Part shown: piece by piece, positions 47,166 to 56,612 of the stretch
Numbering within the stretch: position 1 is the stretch's first letter
Layout: each line of letters begins with the position of its first letter
The notes under the pieces: model-generated
What the model saw: the letters and a program-made list of their open reading frames with translations, nothing else
Database searches by the model: none
Told to the model about the DNA's origin: nothing
Translations under genes and position numbers: made by a program
NCBI GenBank assembly: GCA_045046875.1
Contig: JASFYY010000050.1
Span: 32,001-96,000, forward strand
Direction of reading: 5' to 3'
Origin: Verrucomicrobiota bacterium
Lineage (GTDB): Bacteria > Verrucomicrobiota > Verrucomicrobiia > Verrucomicrobiales > DEV007
Length of the DNA stretch: 64,000 nt

Positions 47166-48356
47166 TTAGCCTCCGAGGTTCACTTCTCGCTGGGGATCGG
47201 TCTCAGCTTCGTAGTCCACGCCGTCGATGCCAAATCCGAACAGCTTGAGGAAACCTTTTTGGTAACCGGCGAAGTCGGAAATGTCTTCCAAGTTGTCGCT
47301 GTTGACTTGCTGCCAGACTTCGGAGACCGCCTGTTGGATTTCTTCGCGCATTTCCCAGTCATCGATGCGGATGCGGTTTTTTTCATCGGTTTGCGGGCCG
47401 TTTTCGCTGTAAAGCTGATCGGCGAAGAGGCGGTAGATTTGCTCGGTGCAGTCTTCGTGTGTTCCGGCTTCTTTCATGATCTTGAACAGCAGTGAGATGT
47501 AGAGCGGCACTACGGGGATGGCAGAGCTGGCCTGGGTGACCACGGCTTTGTTGACCGAGACGTGAGCCGAGGCGATACCGTCCATGTCGTTGATGCGGGC
47601 GCAGCATTTTTCGAGATCAGTTTTGGCCTGGCCGATGGTGCCGTCGCGATAGACTGGCCAGGTGAGTTGGGGGCCAATGTAGGAGTAGGCGATCGTGCGG
47701 CATTGTTCGGCGAGCACTCCGGCTGCGGAGAGCGCATCCATCCACAGTTCCCAGTCTTCGCCGCCCATGACTTTCACGGTTTGTTCGATTTCTTCGTCGC
47801 TGGCGGGCTCGATGGTGATGTCGTGTACTTCTTTTCTGTCAGTATTGACGGTTTTATTAGTGTAGCTGTCACCGATGGGCTTGAGCACCGAGCGGTAAAC
47901 GTCGCCGGTTTTAGGATCCTGACGGCGCGGCGAAGCCAGGCTGTAGATGACTAGATCGACCTGGCCGAGATCGGCTTTGATGCGTTCGATGGCCTGTTGT
48001 TTGAGCTCGTCGGAAAAGGCGTCGCCGTTGAGGCTGGAGGCGTAGAGGCCTTGTTCGTGCGCGGCTTTTTCAAAAGCTGCGGTATTATACCATCCTGCAC
48101 TGGCCGTTTTTGATTCGGTGGGAGGTTTTTCGAAAAAGATGCCCAAGGTGTCGGCGCCACCGGCAAAAGCGGGAACCAGGCGGGAGGACAGGCCGTAACC
48201 GGTCGAAGAACCGATCACCAGCACCTTTTTGGGAGCCTGGTCGCCGAGGGCGGGTTGGCTTTGGATATAAGCGATCTGCTCACGGATATTGGCCTCGCAG
48301 CCGTCAGGATGGGCAGTGGTGCAAATGAATCCGCGGATTTTAGGTTTGATGATCAT
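47166..48356 (-). CDS. fabV: Enoyl-ACP reductase FabV / trans-2-enoyl-CoA reductase
   Basis: MIIKPKIRGFICTTAHPDGC, VIGSSTGYGL, TASAGWYN, YSLASPRR, VMGGEDW, YSYIG, GTIGQAK. Confidence 0.95.
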   Translation of the reverse strand: MIIKPKIRGFICTTAHPDGCEANIREQIAYIQSQPALGDQAPKKVLVIGSSTGYGLSSRLVPAFAGGADTLGIFFEKPPTESKTASAGWYNTAAFEKAAHEQGLYASSLNGDAFSDELKQQAIERIKADLGQVDLVIYSLASPRRQDPKTGDVYRSVLKPIGDSYTNKTVNTDRKEVHDITIEPASDEEIEQTVKVMGGEDWELWMDALSAAGVLAEQCRTIAYSYIGPQLTWPVYRDGTIGQAKTDLEKCCARINDMDGIASAHVSVNKAVVTQASSAIPVVPLYISLLFKIMKEAGTHEDCTEQIYRLFADQLYSENGPQTDEKNRIRIDDWEMREEIQQAVSEVWQQVNSDNLEDISDFAGYQKGFLKLFGFGIDGVDYEAETDPQREVNLGG

Positions 48357-48489
48357 AATATTTTTTTTGGTAAAATAGAAATGGATAGCTTTGTGCAGAT
48401 CATAAACTGAAACTGGCTCAGCGGCAACCGAGAGCTTTTGTGCTTTTACTACTCGCACAAGTGCTGCAGATGGGTTAATTCTGTTCTAG

Positions 48490-49317
48490 ATGAGCGATTG
48501 GGTATTTGAGATTTTGACGGTAGTGGCGGTATTGGTGGCAGCTTTCGCTTTGAAGACTTTTCAGCAGGCCGCGGTGCGGAAAGCGGGGGCTTTGCTGATT
48601 CTGACGGCGAGTTATCTGACTGGCTATTTTTTGACGGACAGTCATTATGGCGGAGGTGCGGGTATTTTGATCTGGTTTGTGCTGCCTTTGTTTCCGCTGT
48701 TGACACGGGTGCGGCAGATGCGTTTGCCGGTGGAGAAAACCTTGGAAAAATGCACGCCGCCCAGTGTGAATCGTTTTCCGACGCTCAATGAGTTCACCGA
48801 GGAGATTGAAGCGCAGGACTTTGAATATGTGGCGGACAAGGGCTGGCAGTGGGATGACAGCAAACAGTATTTCCGGCTATTTTACAATGCCGAGGAAAAA
48901 CAACAGGCGGTGATTTGTTTGAATGAACAGGAGGAGATGTCCTTTGCGTTTGTCAGCATAGTTTGTCGCACTAAATACGGGCAGACTTACCGGACTTGGA
49001 ATTATCCGTTTTCATATACGATGAAAACAGCGCCCGGGGTGGTGATGAACGCGGTGCCCAATGTTGATGGTTTTGAGGGACTGATCGCGGCGCACCGGGA
49101 GTTTTTGATTAAGAGTCAGGTGAATCCTGACGAGATCCTGGTCGAGGATGAGAAGAGCTTTGATCAAGCGATGGAAGAGGAGTTGCGTTTGCAGGTACGG
49201 CATAACCTGGATAGTGGTTTGATCGCGTTGGCGGGGGAGGGGACTTTTCGTTATTCCTGGCGCGGGCTGTTTTTCCTGTGGGGGCAGTTTGTGAAGGATA
49301 TGGTGAAGTTGAGTTAG
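48490..49317 (+). CDS. Hypothetical membrane protein
   Basis: Three N-terminal hydrophobic segments plus a soluble domain; 275 aa. Confidence 0.75.
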   Translation: MSDWVFEILTVVAVLVAAFALKTFQQAAVRKAGALLILTASYLTGYFLTDSHYGGGAGILIWFVLPLFPLLTRVRQMRLPVEKTLEKCTPPSVNRFPTLNEFTEEIEAQDFEYVADKGWQWDDSKQYFRLFYNAEEKQQAVICLNEQEEMSFAFVSIVCRTKYGQTYRTWNYPFSYTMKTAPGVVMNAVPNVDGFEGLIAAHREFLIKSQVNPDEILVEDEKSFDQAMEEELRLQVRHNLDSGLIALAGEGTFRYSWRGLFFLWGQFVKDMVKLS

Positions 49318-49360
49318 GAGCTGAAGGGATTTGAACCATAGCTAAGTGACGAGGGGGGGG

Positions 49361-49422
49361 AGCTGCGAACTTCCGTCGCTCAAGAGCTTTGGCGAGTCAA
49401 GATGGACGTTAATAAACGTGAT
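49361..49422 (+). repeat. Family-A element with 33-bp family-C insert
   Basis: AGCTGCGA [ACTTCCGTCGCTCAAGAGCTTTGGCGAGTCAAG] ATGGACGTTAATAAACGTGAT; insert is 27/33 identical to 63515-63547. Confidence 0.75.
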
Positions 49423-49518
49423 TGTTATCGGTGTTCACGGATTTTTTCATCTTAGAGTAATGAGAGGATGCTATTAGGTGTGTTGATCGGGAGTGAGTTT
49501 TGACGGAGTGGTAGGCGG

Positions 49519-50136
49519 CTACCATGTTTTGATGTCATCAGAAGTCCCCTCGATTTGGTCTTCGCCTGCGCTCCACACGATGATGGACTGAGGAATCATA
49601 TTTGAGGCTTGTGACTCAGCGGAGTAAGGTAAGGCTACTTGATTGTCCAAGTTTAAGTCAAATCTGATATGGAAAAGATTTCCCCACTGATCGAATAGAC
49701 TTGCTCTCCCTTGGGTATCGTAACCGATGCCTCCGTGAAACTCCCCTGAAAAGAATTTAGCTTTCCTTGCTGAAAAAAAAGTGATCTGCCGAGGGTTTAA
49801 TTCGTTTCCTAAGACTGTGATATTGTCCCCTGACAAAACATCCATTAGTGTAGTATTTGATAACAAATCAATATCTTCAGTGCCTTTTAGCTTAACGGGA
49901 AAATTGCGATATTCGGTGTAGTAGGTCGATATTGAAGATTTTAGATTTAGCGCCATGTTCAGGCTTCTTCCTTTTCCATCATGGTCAGGTATAGTTAGTG
50001 ACTCTGAATTGACTGCGACTGCCCACCCCGAAATGAGCAGGAACGCTATTACCAAGCAGGCTCTATTCAATTTTTGGTTATTAGTGTTCGTATTGGGCTC
50101 TGTTGGTGTTGACGACGTTGTATCGGGAACGTTCAT
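49519..50136 (-). CDS. Pseudopilin (GspG-like C-terminal domain) protein lacking a canonical prepilin motif
   Basis: One TM segment; LKSSISTYYTEYRNFP; DQWGN; IIVWSAGEDQIEGTSDDIKTW; AT-rich codon usage. Confidence 0.65.
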   Translation of the reverse strand: MNVPDTTSSTPTEPNTNTNNQKLNRACLVIAFLLISGWAVAVNSESLTIPDHDGKGRSLNMALNLKSSISTYYTEYRNFPVKLKGTEDIDLLSNTTLMDVLSGDNITVLGNELNPRQITFFSARKAKFFSGEFHGGIGYDTQGRASLFDQWGNLFHIRFDLNLDNQVALPYSAESQASNMIPQSIIVWSAGEDQIEGTSDDIKTW

Positions 50137-50216
50137 GGGGCGATTATGCGGATAAAAGCTGTTTACTGTCAAGGTTGGTTCAGCTAGAGACGAGTGCTGC
50201 AATTTCGATAGTTACA

Positions 50217-50240
50217 GGAATGTGGACTTTTCGGTCCGCA
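50217..50240 (+). repeat. GGAG/GGAA-type REP-like hairpin
   Basis: GGAA-TGTGGAC-TTTTCG-GTCCGCA; related to 62230-62252 and 62271-62313. Confidence 0.55.
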
Positions 50241-50292
50241 GAGAATTGAGCTGAGGCTGGTAGGAAAAGTTAAACTCTCTAATTAGGAGAGT

Positions 50293-50316
50293 GGGCAACC
50301 GGAGCGGTCGCCCTAC
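50293..50316 (-). repeat. GTAG-type REP hairpin
   Basis: Minus strand reads GTAG-GGCGACCG-CTC-CGGTTGCC-C: the canonical GTAG tetranucleotide followed by a palindrome. Confidence 0.75.
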
Positions 50317-50333
50317 AATTTGAAGGGAGGCTC

Positions 50334-52214
50334 TTAATTCGTGAAGGGCCACAACCAGGGGATGAGGAAGGTGGCGGCGATCCAGAGGATGAGATTGAGG
50401 GGGACGCCGATTTTTGGAAAGTCGGTGAATTTGTAGCCGCCGGCGCCATAAACGTAGGTATTGGTCTGGTAACCAATCGGGGTGGCAAAACTGGCGCTGC
50501 ACCCGAACATCAGGGCGACGATGAAGGGACGGGCATCGACGTCGAGAGTGGCGGCGATGCCGATGATGACGGGGGTTAAGAGGGCGGCAACGGCGTTGTT
50601 ACTGATCAGTTCTGTTAGGATTGAACTGAGCAGATAGATCACGCTGAGAATGACTACGGGGCTGTAGGAACCGACGACTTTCATCACGCCGCTGACCATC
50701 AGTGAGGCGGCTCCGGTTTGATCCATCGCTAGACCGAGGGCGAGCATGCCGAAGATGAGGAAGACGATGTTCCATTGCACCGCGTCATAAGCCTGTTGAG
50801 GTGTTAGGCATTGGGTCAGGATCATGGCGATCGCTGCGATGATAGCGACGGCAGGAATGGGCAACATCGGTAGTTGCAGCGCGGCTCCGAGGACAAAAGC
50901 GGCGGTGACGGCAATGCCGGTCCAGAGTTTGGCCGGGCGGATGGTGACTTCGGGGGCTTCGGTGATGGTGACAAAGTCGTTGGATTTCTGGATCCGGTTG
51001 ATCGCTTCTGCGGGGCCTTCCATCAACAGAGTGTCGCCGAATTGGAGGCGCACAGTGTCGAAGTCTTTGTTGATGTTAGCGCCCTGACGGTGAATGGCGA
51101 GTACGTGGATGCGGTGGCTGCGACGGAAGCCGATTTGGCGCAGGGTTTTGCCGACAAAAGAGGAGCGTGGGCCGACGATGCCTTCGATCAGTTGCAGTTC
51201 GCGGGTTTCGAGTTCCTTGAGGTTGAGGTTTTTTTGCTCGGCAAAACGAACACCTTCGGCTTCGTAAAGTTCCTTGAAACTGGTGCCGTGCAGGGTGAGC
51301 AAGAGGCGATCGCCTTGGCGTACGGTGAGTTGGTTGAGCGGGATGTCGAGGGTTTTCCCTCGTCGCCGGACTTCGAGAATCTGGGCGCTGGGTATTTCTT
51401 TTAACAAAGTGTCGGTGAGGACTTTATCGATCAGGGGCGAGTCTTTTTCGACCGAAAACTGGGTGAGGAAGCTGCGCACTTCGGCGGGTTCGATCAGTTC
51501 GGCGAGGGAGGAGCGCTGGGGCAGCAGTTTGCGTCCGATGAAGATCAGGTAGATGAAACCAATAGCGGCATAGATAAGGCCGAGTTTGCTGACTTCGAAC
51601 ATGGTGAAGGGTTCCAAGCCGTAGTCCTGGGCGACGCCGTCGATGATAAGGTTGGTCGAGGTGCCGGTGAGGGTGCAGGTGCCGCCGAGGATGGAAGCAA
51701 AGGAAAGGGGGATGAGTAGGCGCGAGGCCTTCAAGCCGGTGGCGCGGGCGTGGGAGAGTACGATGGGCAGGAAGACGACCACGATGGGAGTGTTATTGAC
51801 AAAAGCGGAGAGCACCGCGGCCATTAACATCAGGATGAGCATGACGCGCAATTCGCTTTTGCCGGCGATTTTGGTGAAAAAACGCCCCATAACATCGATG
51901 GTGCCGGTGCGTTCGAGGCCAGCGCTGAGCACAAACATGCAGGCGATAGTGATCGGGGCGCCGTTGGAGAATACACTGAGCAAACCTCGGTGGCGTAGCA
52001 GTCGCACGCTCTCACCGTCGATGAGCTGGCGCTCGAGCACATCGGTCAGCGGCAGCAGGCCGAGGATGAGGATGGCGCCGAGGGCGGACAGGGCGACCAC
52101 TTCGGGCGGTGCCCACTCACGAAAAAAGCCGAGCACGACGAAGACCAGCAGCAGGCAGACGGCGATGACGGGAAGGTTGAGGGTAGGAAATAGTGGCTGG
52201 ATGAAGTCGATCAT
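50334..52214 (-). CDS. SLC13/CitMHS-family permease with TrkA-C (RCK-C) domains (putative Na+:sulfate/carboxylate symporter)
   Basis: SAFVNNTP, LIPLSFASILGGTCTLTGTSTNL, two RCK-C domains, LTELISNNA, FATPIGYQTN..VYGAGGYKFTDF. Confidence 0.92.
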   Translation of the reverse strand: MIDFIQPLFPTLNLPVIAVCLLLVFVVLGFFREWAPPEVVALSALGAILILGLLPLTDVLERQLIDGESVRLLRHRGLLSVFSNGAPITIACMFVLSAGLERTGTIDVMGRFFTKIAGKSELRVMLILMLMAAVLSAFVNNTPIVVVFLPIVLSHARATGLKASRLLIPLSFASILGGTCTLTGTSTNLIIDGVAQDYGLEPFTMFEVSKLGLIYAAIGFIYLIFIGRKLLPQRSSLAELIEPAEVRSFLTQFSVEKDSPLIDKVLTDTLLKEIPSAQILEVRRRGKTLDIPLNQLTVRQGDRLLLTLHGTSFKELYEAEGVRFAEQKNLNLKELETRELQLIEGIVGPRSSFVGKTLRQIGFRRSHRIHVLAIHRQGANINKDFDTVRLQFGDTLLMEGPAEAINRIQKSNDFVTITEAPEVTIRPAKLWTGIAVTAAFVLGAALQLPMLPIPAVAIIAAIAMILTQCLTPQQAYDAVQWNIVFLIFGMLALGLAMDQTGAASLMVSGVMKVVGSYSPVVILSVIYLLSSILTELISNNAVAALLTPVIIGIAATLDVDARPFIVALMFGCSASFATPIGYQTNTYVYGAGGYKFTDFPKIGVPLNLILWIAATFLIPWLWPFTN

Positions 52215-52237
52215 GCTTGCTGGCAATTAAGAAAAGG

Positions 52238-52390
52238 AACCACGGATAGCGCAGCCGAGCGTAGCGAGACAGCCGGAGGAAACTATGCGAAGGCAAATGT
52301 ACACGGATAAGAGAAGGTGAAATAGGAAATGGAATTGCGGATGATACAGCTGACCCACGGATAGTCGGAGGTTATTTCTCGAAGGCAAAT
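52238..52390 (+). repeat. Two family-A starts, each followed by a family-B insert (first also with a family-D-like piece)
   Basis: AACCACGGAT [AGCGCAGCCGAGCGTAGCGAGAC AGCCGGAGGAAACTATGCGAAGGCAAAT] GTACACGGAT; and ACCCACGGAT [AGTCGGAGGTTATTTCTCGAAGGCAAAT]. Confidence 0.7.
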
Positions 52391-52469
52391 AAGGGAAGCT
52401 GAATTAGGTGTTTTGTTTTAGATTGTAATTTTCCCGTATTTTTCTGTTAAGGTGCCATATTGTAAAAGA

Positions 52470-52796
52470 ATGAAAAAGCGTGAACCTAGCGAATTTGAGC
52501 AACGTGTCTATGACGCAACCCGACGGATTCCCAAAGGTAAGGTGACGACCTACAAGTTGCTGGCGACCGAACTGGGCTGCGGCTCGAATCAGGCGGTGGG
52601 GCAGGCTTTGAAGCGCAACCCTTTTGCTCCCGAAGTGCCGTGTCACCGGGTGGTGCGCACGGATCTGACGATTGGTGGCTTTTATGGGCAGACCGAGGGC
52701 AGGGAGATCGTTCGCAAGAAAAAGATGCTGGAGCAAGAAGGGGTGGATCTGGATGGACGCGGGCGGGTGCCGGCGGATTTGGTGTTTGGTTATTGA
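52470..52796 (+). CDS. MGMT/Ogt-family methylated-DNA--protein-cysteine methyltransferase (C-terminal domain only)
   Basis: FEQRVY...IPKGKVTTY..LA...AVGQAL..NP...VPCHRVV; active-site Cys retained. Confidence 0.9.
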   Translation: MKKREPSEFEQRVYDATRRIPKGKVTTYKLLATELGCGSNQAVGQALKRNPFAPEVPCHRVVRTDLTIGGFYGQTEGREIVRKKKMLEQEGVDLDGRGRVPADLVFGY

Positions 52797-52805
52797 TTTT
52801 TTTTG

Positions 52806-53129
52806 ATGATGGAGGATCCCGAGGATATTTTTCGCCGCCAACTCGCGGATAACTTGAAGGATTTGGCGAGTTTGCGTATGCCTTTTGGCAAATATGGGCC
52901 AGGGGCGTGTCCTCCGAAGGGCATGCCACTCTACGATTTGCCCTTGGACTATCTGCATTGGTTTCTTGAGCGTGGCGGCGGTTTTCCAAAAGGACGTTTG
53001 GGGGAGTTGATGGAGTTTGTTTATCACGTGAAGAGTGCCGGAGCTGGCGAGGTGTTTGCGTCCTTGCGAGAGGCGGCCGGGGGGAGGAAAACGACCAAGC
53101 GTCCGAGGAAGCGCGAGTTTAAGTTTTAG
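52806..53129 (+). CDS. DUF3820 family protein
   Basis: MPFGKY...LYDLPLDYLHWF...GFPKGRLGELM. Confidence 0.8.
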   Translation: MMEDPEDIFRRQLADNLKDLASLRMPFGKYGPGACPPKGMPLYDLPLDYLHWFLERGGGFPKGRLGELMEFVYHVKSAGAGEVFASLREAAGGRKTTKRPRKREFKF

Positions 53130-53182
53130 AAGGGTTCACGCATTACTGTTATCCTGTTGGAACCATTCGGTTTTGGTGGATA

Positions 53183-53216
53183 ATAAAATTGACTATTTTT
53201 TTGGTCATTTTATATT
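53183..53216 (+). promoter_or_regulatory. Toxin-antitoxin promoter with overlapping inverted-repeat operator
   Basis: TTGACT (53189)-N16-TATATT (53211); imperfect inverted repeat ATAAAATTGAC...GTCATTTTAT spans it. Confidence 0.6.
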
Positions 53217-53222
53217 ACATTC

Positions 53223-53522
53223 ATGATTGCGGAAGAAATCAGTAGCAAAAGAGTGACGGTTTCGGATTTCAAGGCTCATTGCACCGAGTATCTGCGGGGA
53301 TTGGAAAAGGGGAACGAAATTCTTGAAATCACTCGCCATGGTAAGGTAGTGGCTTTGGTCAAAAAACCCGAAGACGAGCAACCAGAGGGACCCCGGACCA
53401 TTGCCGAGCTTATGGGCAGCATGCGCGGTACGGTCATCTTCGCCGATGACTATGACCCTGACGAACCTACTTTTGCGCCTGAAGACTGGGAGGATCACCC
53501 AGCCAATCAAAGTGAGGAATGA
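53223..53522 (+). CDS. Phd/YefM family antitoxin
   Basis: VTVSDFKAHC...LEITRHGKVVALV; acidic tail; ATGA overlap with the PIN gene. Confidence 0.9.
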   Translation: MIAEEISSKRVTVSDFKAHCTEYLRGLEKGNEILEITRHGKVVALVKKPEDEQPEGPRTIAELMGSMRGTVIFADDYDPDEPTFAPEDWEDHPANQSEE

Positions 53523-53911
53523 ATTATCTATTGGATACCAATGCCTGGTTGAATTTGATTCAGGCTCCTGAAAACATTTCCCCTGTCGCACTTAAGGTCA
53601 TCACCGGGCAAACCACTATTGCGCTTTCCCCGATCAGTATCGTAGAAGTCGCCCAAAAACAGACCAAGGGGAAGTTGGAACTGACCGCTCCATTGGAAGA
53701 ATGGATTGACCGTGCACTTTTTTCAGGGATCAAGTTGCTTCCGATCACGGCAGACATAGCTTGTGATGCTTACCGCATCCCTGATTTTCACGGTGACCCT
53801 GCTGATAGGATCATCGCAGCTACCGCGCGCAGGCATCGACTTACGCTCATTACATCCGACAAACTCATACTGAAGCATATCGATGTGAAAACGCTTTCAA
53901 CGAGGGCTTAG
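53519..53911 (+). CDS. vapC: VapC-family PIN-domain toxin
   Basis: YLLDTNAW, SPISIVEV, HGDPADRIIAATA, LITSD. Confidence 0.92.
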   Translation: MNYLLDTNAWLNLIQAPENISPVALKVITGQTTIALSPISIVEVAQKQTKGKLELTAPLEEWIDRALFSGIKLLPITADIACDAYRIPDFHGDPADRIIAATARRHRLTLITSDKLILKHIDVKTLSTRA

Positions 53912-53943
53912 TTAAGTGTTAAACTCTGAAAATTTTTAAACAA

Positions 53944-55332
53944 ATGACTACAAAACGATCGATGGTGAAATCTCTGCTGGCGGCTGAAGAGGCTTCTTCG
54001 CTGGTAAGGGTGCAGGGCTGGGTGCGAACCAAGCGCGACTCGAAGGCTTTTTCTTTTGTGGAAATCAACGATGGCTCTTGTCTGGCAAATATTCAGGTGA
54101 TCGTCGATGCCACGGTGCCGGGTTATGAAGCATCGATTTTGCCGCTGAGAACCGGGGCTTCGATCGAGGTCGAGGGTGAGCTGGTGGAATCGCAGGGCAA
54201 GGGGCAGAAGTGGGAGATGGTGGCGAAGTCGGTGATCGTTCATGGTCAGGCGGATGAGGATTACCCACTGCAGAAAAAAGGGCACAAAGCGGAGTTTCTG
54301 CGTTCGATTGCGCATTTGCGTCCGCGCTCGAACTTGTTTGGTTGTGTGTTCCGAGTGCGCAGTCGTCTGGCTTATGCGGTGCATCAGTTTTTTCAGCAGC
54401 GGGATTTTGTCAATGTGCATACGCCGATCATCACTGCTAGTGACTGTGAGGGCGCGGGGGAGATGTTCCAAGTGAAGACGCTCTCAGGTGAGGCTGGGCA
54501 GGAAGGGGCGGCTAAAAATGGTGAAGAAGAGTTTTTTGGTAAACCGGCCTTTTTGACGGTGAGTGGTCAGTTGGAAGGTGAAACTTTTGCCTGTGCGCTG
54601 TCGAACATCTACACCTTTGGACCGACCTTCCGTGCGGAGAATTCACATACTACAAGGCATGCGAGTGAGTTCTGGATGATCGAACCGGAGATGGCTTTTT
54701 GTGACCTGGAGGCGGACATGACACTGGCGGAAGAACTGGTGAAATACCTGGTCTGCGATGTGTTGGAACATTGCGCTGAGGATTTGCAGTTGTTTGGCAA
54801 GTTTGTTGATAAAGCTTTGATGGAGCGCCTGCATTTTGTGCGTGACCGTTCTTTTGAGCGAGTGACTTATACCGAGGCGGTGGAGTTGTTGAAGGGCTCG
54901 GGGCAGAAGTTTGAGTTTCCGGTCGAGTATGGAGCGAATTTGCAATCCGAGCACGAGCGTTATTTAACCGAGCAGCATTTTAAATGTCCGGTGACGGTTT
55001 ATAATTATCCGAAGGAGATCAAGCCTTTTTACATGCGGCTCAACGATGATGACAAGACGGTGGCGGCGATGGATCTGCTGGTGCCGGGCATTGGGGAGAT
55101 TGTTGGCGGCAGTCAGCGGGAGGAGCGTTTGGATATTTTGCGTGGCAATATGGAGCGGGAGGGCTTGGCGGAGGAGGAGTATTGGTGGTATGTCGATCTG
55201 CGGCGCTATGGTACGGTTCCGCACGCTGGGTTTGGGCTGGGTTTTGAGCGCATGTTGATGTTTGTCACGGGAGTGGCGAATATACGTGACGTGATTCCCT
55301 TTCCGAGAGTGCCGGGTTGGGCGGAGTTTTGA
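53944..55332 (+). CDS. asnS: Asparagine--tRNA ligase
   Basis: [33 protein letters not shown]...[32 protein letters not shown]. Confidence 0.98.
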   Translation: MTTKRSMVKSLLAAEEASSLVRVQGWVRTKRDSKAFSFVEINDGSCLANIQVIVDATVPGYEASILPLRTGASIEVEGELVESQGKGQKWEMVAKSVIVHGQADEDYPLQKKGHKAEFLRSIAHLRPRSNLFGCVFRVRSRLAYAVHQFFQQRDFVNVHTPIITASDCEGAGEMFQVKTLSGEAGQEGAAKNGEEEFFGKPAFLTVSGQLEGETFACALSNIYTFGPTFRAENSHTTRHASEFWMIEPEMAFCDLEADMTLAEELVKYLVCDVLEHCAEDLQLFGKFVDKALMERLHFVRDRSFERVTYTEAVELLKGSGQKFEFPVEYGANLQSEHERYLTEQHFKCPVTVYNYPKEIKPFYMRLNDDDKTVAAMDLLVPGIGEIVGGSQREERLDILRGNMEREGLAEEEYWWYVDLRRYGTVPHAGFGLGFERMLMFVTGVANIRDVIPFPRVPGWAEF

Positions 55333-55461
55333 AGTACGGGGAGGAAGGGTTTGACCACGGCTGGAATGGTGAGGAGCAAAAGGTCTCAGGGCAGCCTCCT
55401 TCGTCTAGCCTTTGGTGTTCAATGCGCAGAGGGGTACAAGATGGGGATTGGGGGGCGAGAG

Positions 55462-56004
55462 TTATTTGCCTTCTTTGACAGTTTTCGGGTCGGATTTTTT
55501 CTTATAAACAAGGTCTAATAGGCAAAGATTGTCGGAGGTTCCGTTGATGAGGGATATGATAAAGCCTTCGCTGTCGCTGAGCCAAGTGCCTGTCGGGGCA
55601 AAACCGTAGAGTTGCTTGAATCCTTTAGGAACCTCGAATTCACCGTTGACCGTTTGTTGCTGCGAATAAAGATTTTGATAACGGAGACAGTATTTCAGTC
55701 GCTTTGTATTTTCATCGCCGGTAGGAATCCATATGAAGATTTTAACTTTAGTTCCAGCTGGGATTCCATCAAAGTCTAGGCCCGAGGCTTGATATAGATT
55801 TCCTTCTTGCTGCTTGTCTGAGATGCGCCATTGGGTTGTCAGAATTTCGTTCTCCTCGAGGTCACCCGGGATCTCGACATTCCAGTAGAGAATGTTGGAA
55901 ATGGCATGGAGGTCATCTGCGGTGATGGGGGCAGCTTTTTGTCCGTTTGCATTTAAAAACGGCAAGAAGATTGAAATGGCAATGAGGTAGATAGTTGACT
56001 TCAT
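55462..56004 (-). CDS. Hypothetical secreted protein
   Basis: Signal peptide; AT-rich 180-aa ORF in a minus-strand gene run. Confidence 0.65.
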   Translation of the reverse strand: MKSTIYLIAISIFLPFLNANGQKAAPITADDLHAISNILYWNVEIPGDLEENEILTTQWRISDKQQEGNLYQASGLDFDGIPAGTKVKIFIWIPTGDENTKRLKYCLRYQNLYSQQQTVNGEFEVPKGFKQLYGFAPTGTWLSDSEGFIISLINGTSDNLCLLDLVYKKKSDPKTVKEGK

Positions 56005-56027
56005 TTAGTGCTGGCTGTGGGGGGCTC

Positions 56028-56612
56028 TTAATCTTTAGGACTGGCGATTTTTCTCAGGATGATAGGGGTTTGGTAATCAAACAGTTCTGAATTTTTGGAA
56101 CCACTGATTAGTTTTAGTAAGGTATTGGCATCACTGCTTATATTGACGTCAGTGGTGTATTTGCCGGGTTTGATTTTTCCGCTTAGCAATTTTTCCTTGA
56201 TGGCATTTTCAAAGGCCTTGGAATCAGGGAGCCAGACAATCAAATCTCCCTGCTCGGTAAATTTATACTGGGCAAAGTAGTAGTTTTTCATCCATTGACC
56301 CTTTTCCTTGGCACGTAAACTGATGAACTTGTATTCGCCTTTTTCTGCAACGGTCATCTCCATGGTTTCTATCTCAAAGTGGCCGTCTTTCCATTCTAAA
56401 GCGGCAATTTGAGCAATACCATTATCGTCAAATTTGACTTGTAAGCTATTGCCTTTTCCGTCAACGAGCCAAGTGCCTTCGAATTTTTCTTTATCGATGG
56501 CTTTGGGCTTAGATGTCAGGGGTTGTGTCGTGGTGACGGAGGAGCACTGGCATAACAGTAGCAGGGCGCAGAGGGTTAGCAGTAGAGAGGTGATGGTGCG
56601 TTTGCTTTTCAT
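56028..56612 (-). CDS. Hypothetical lipoprotein
   Basis: Signal peptide ending LCQC; FEGTW lipocalin-like motif; overlaps the marC stop. Confidence 0.7.
   Translation of the reverse strand: MKSKRTITSLLLTLCALLLLCQCSSVTTTQPLTSKPKAIDKEKFEGTWLVDGKGNSLQVKFDDNGIAQIAALEWKDGHFEIETMEMTVAEKGEYKFISLRAKEKGQWMKNYYFAQYKFTEQGDLIVWLPDSKAFENAIKEKLLSGKIKPGKYTTDVNISSDANTLLKLISGSKNSELFDYQTPIILRKIASPKD

Noticed and set aside
55350..55420. Possible decayed family-A and family-C pieces after asnS (GACCACGG; CCTCCTTCGTCTAGCCTTTGG)
   Set aside because: Too short and degenerate to support by eye.
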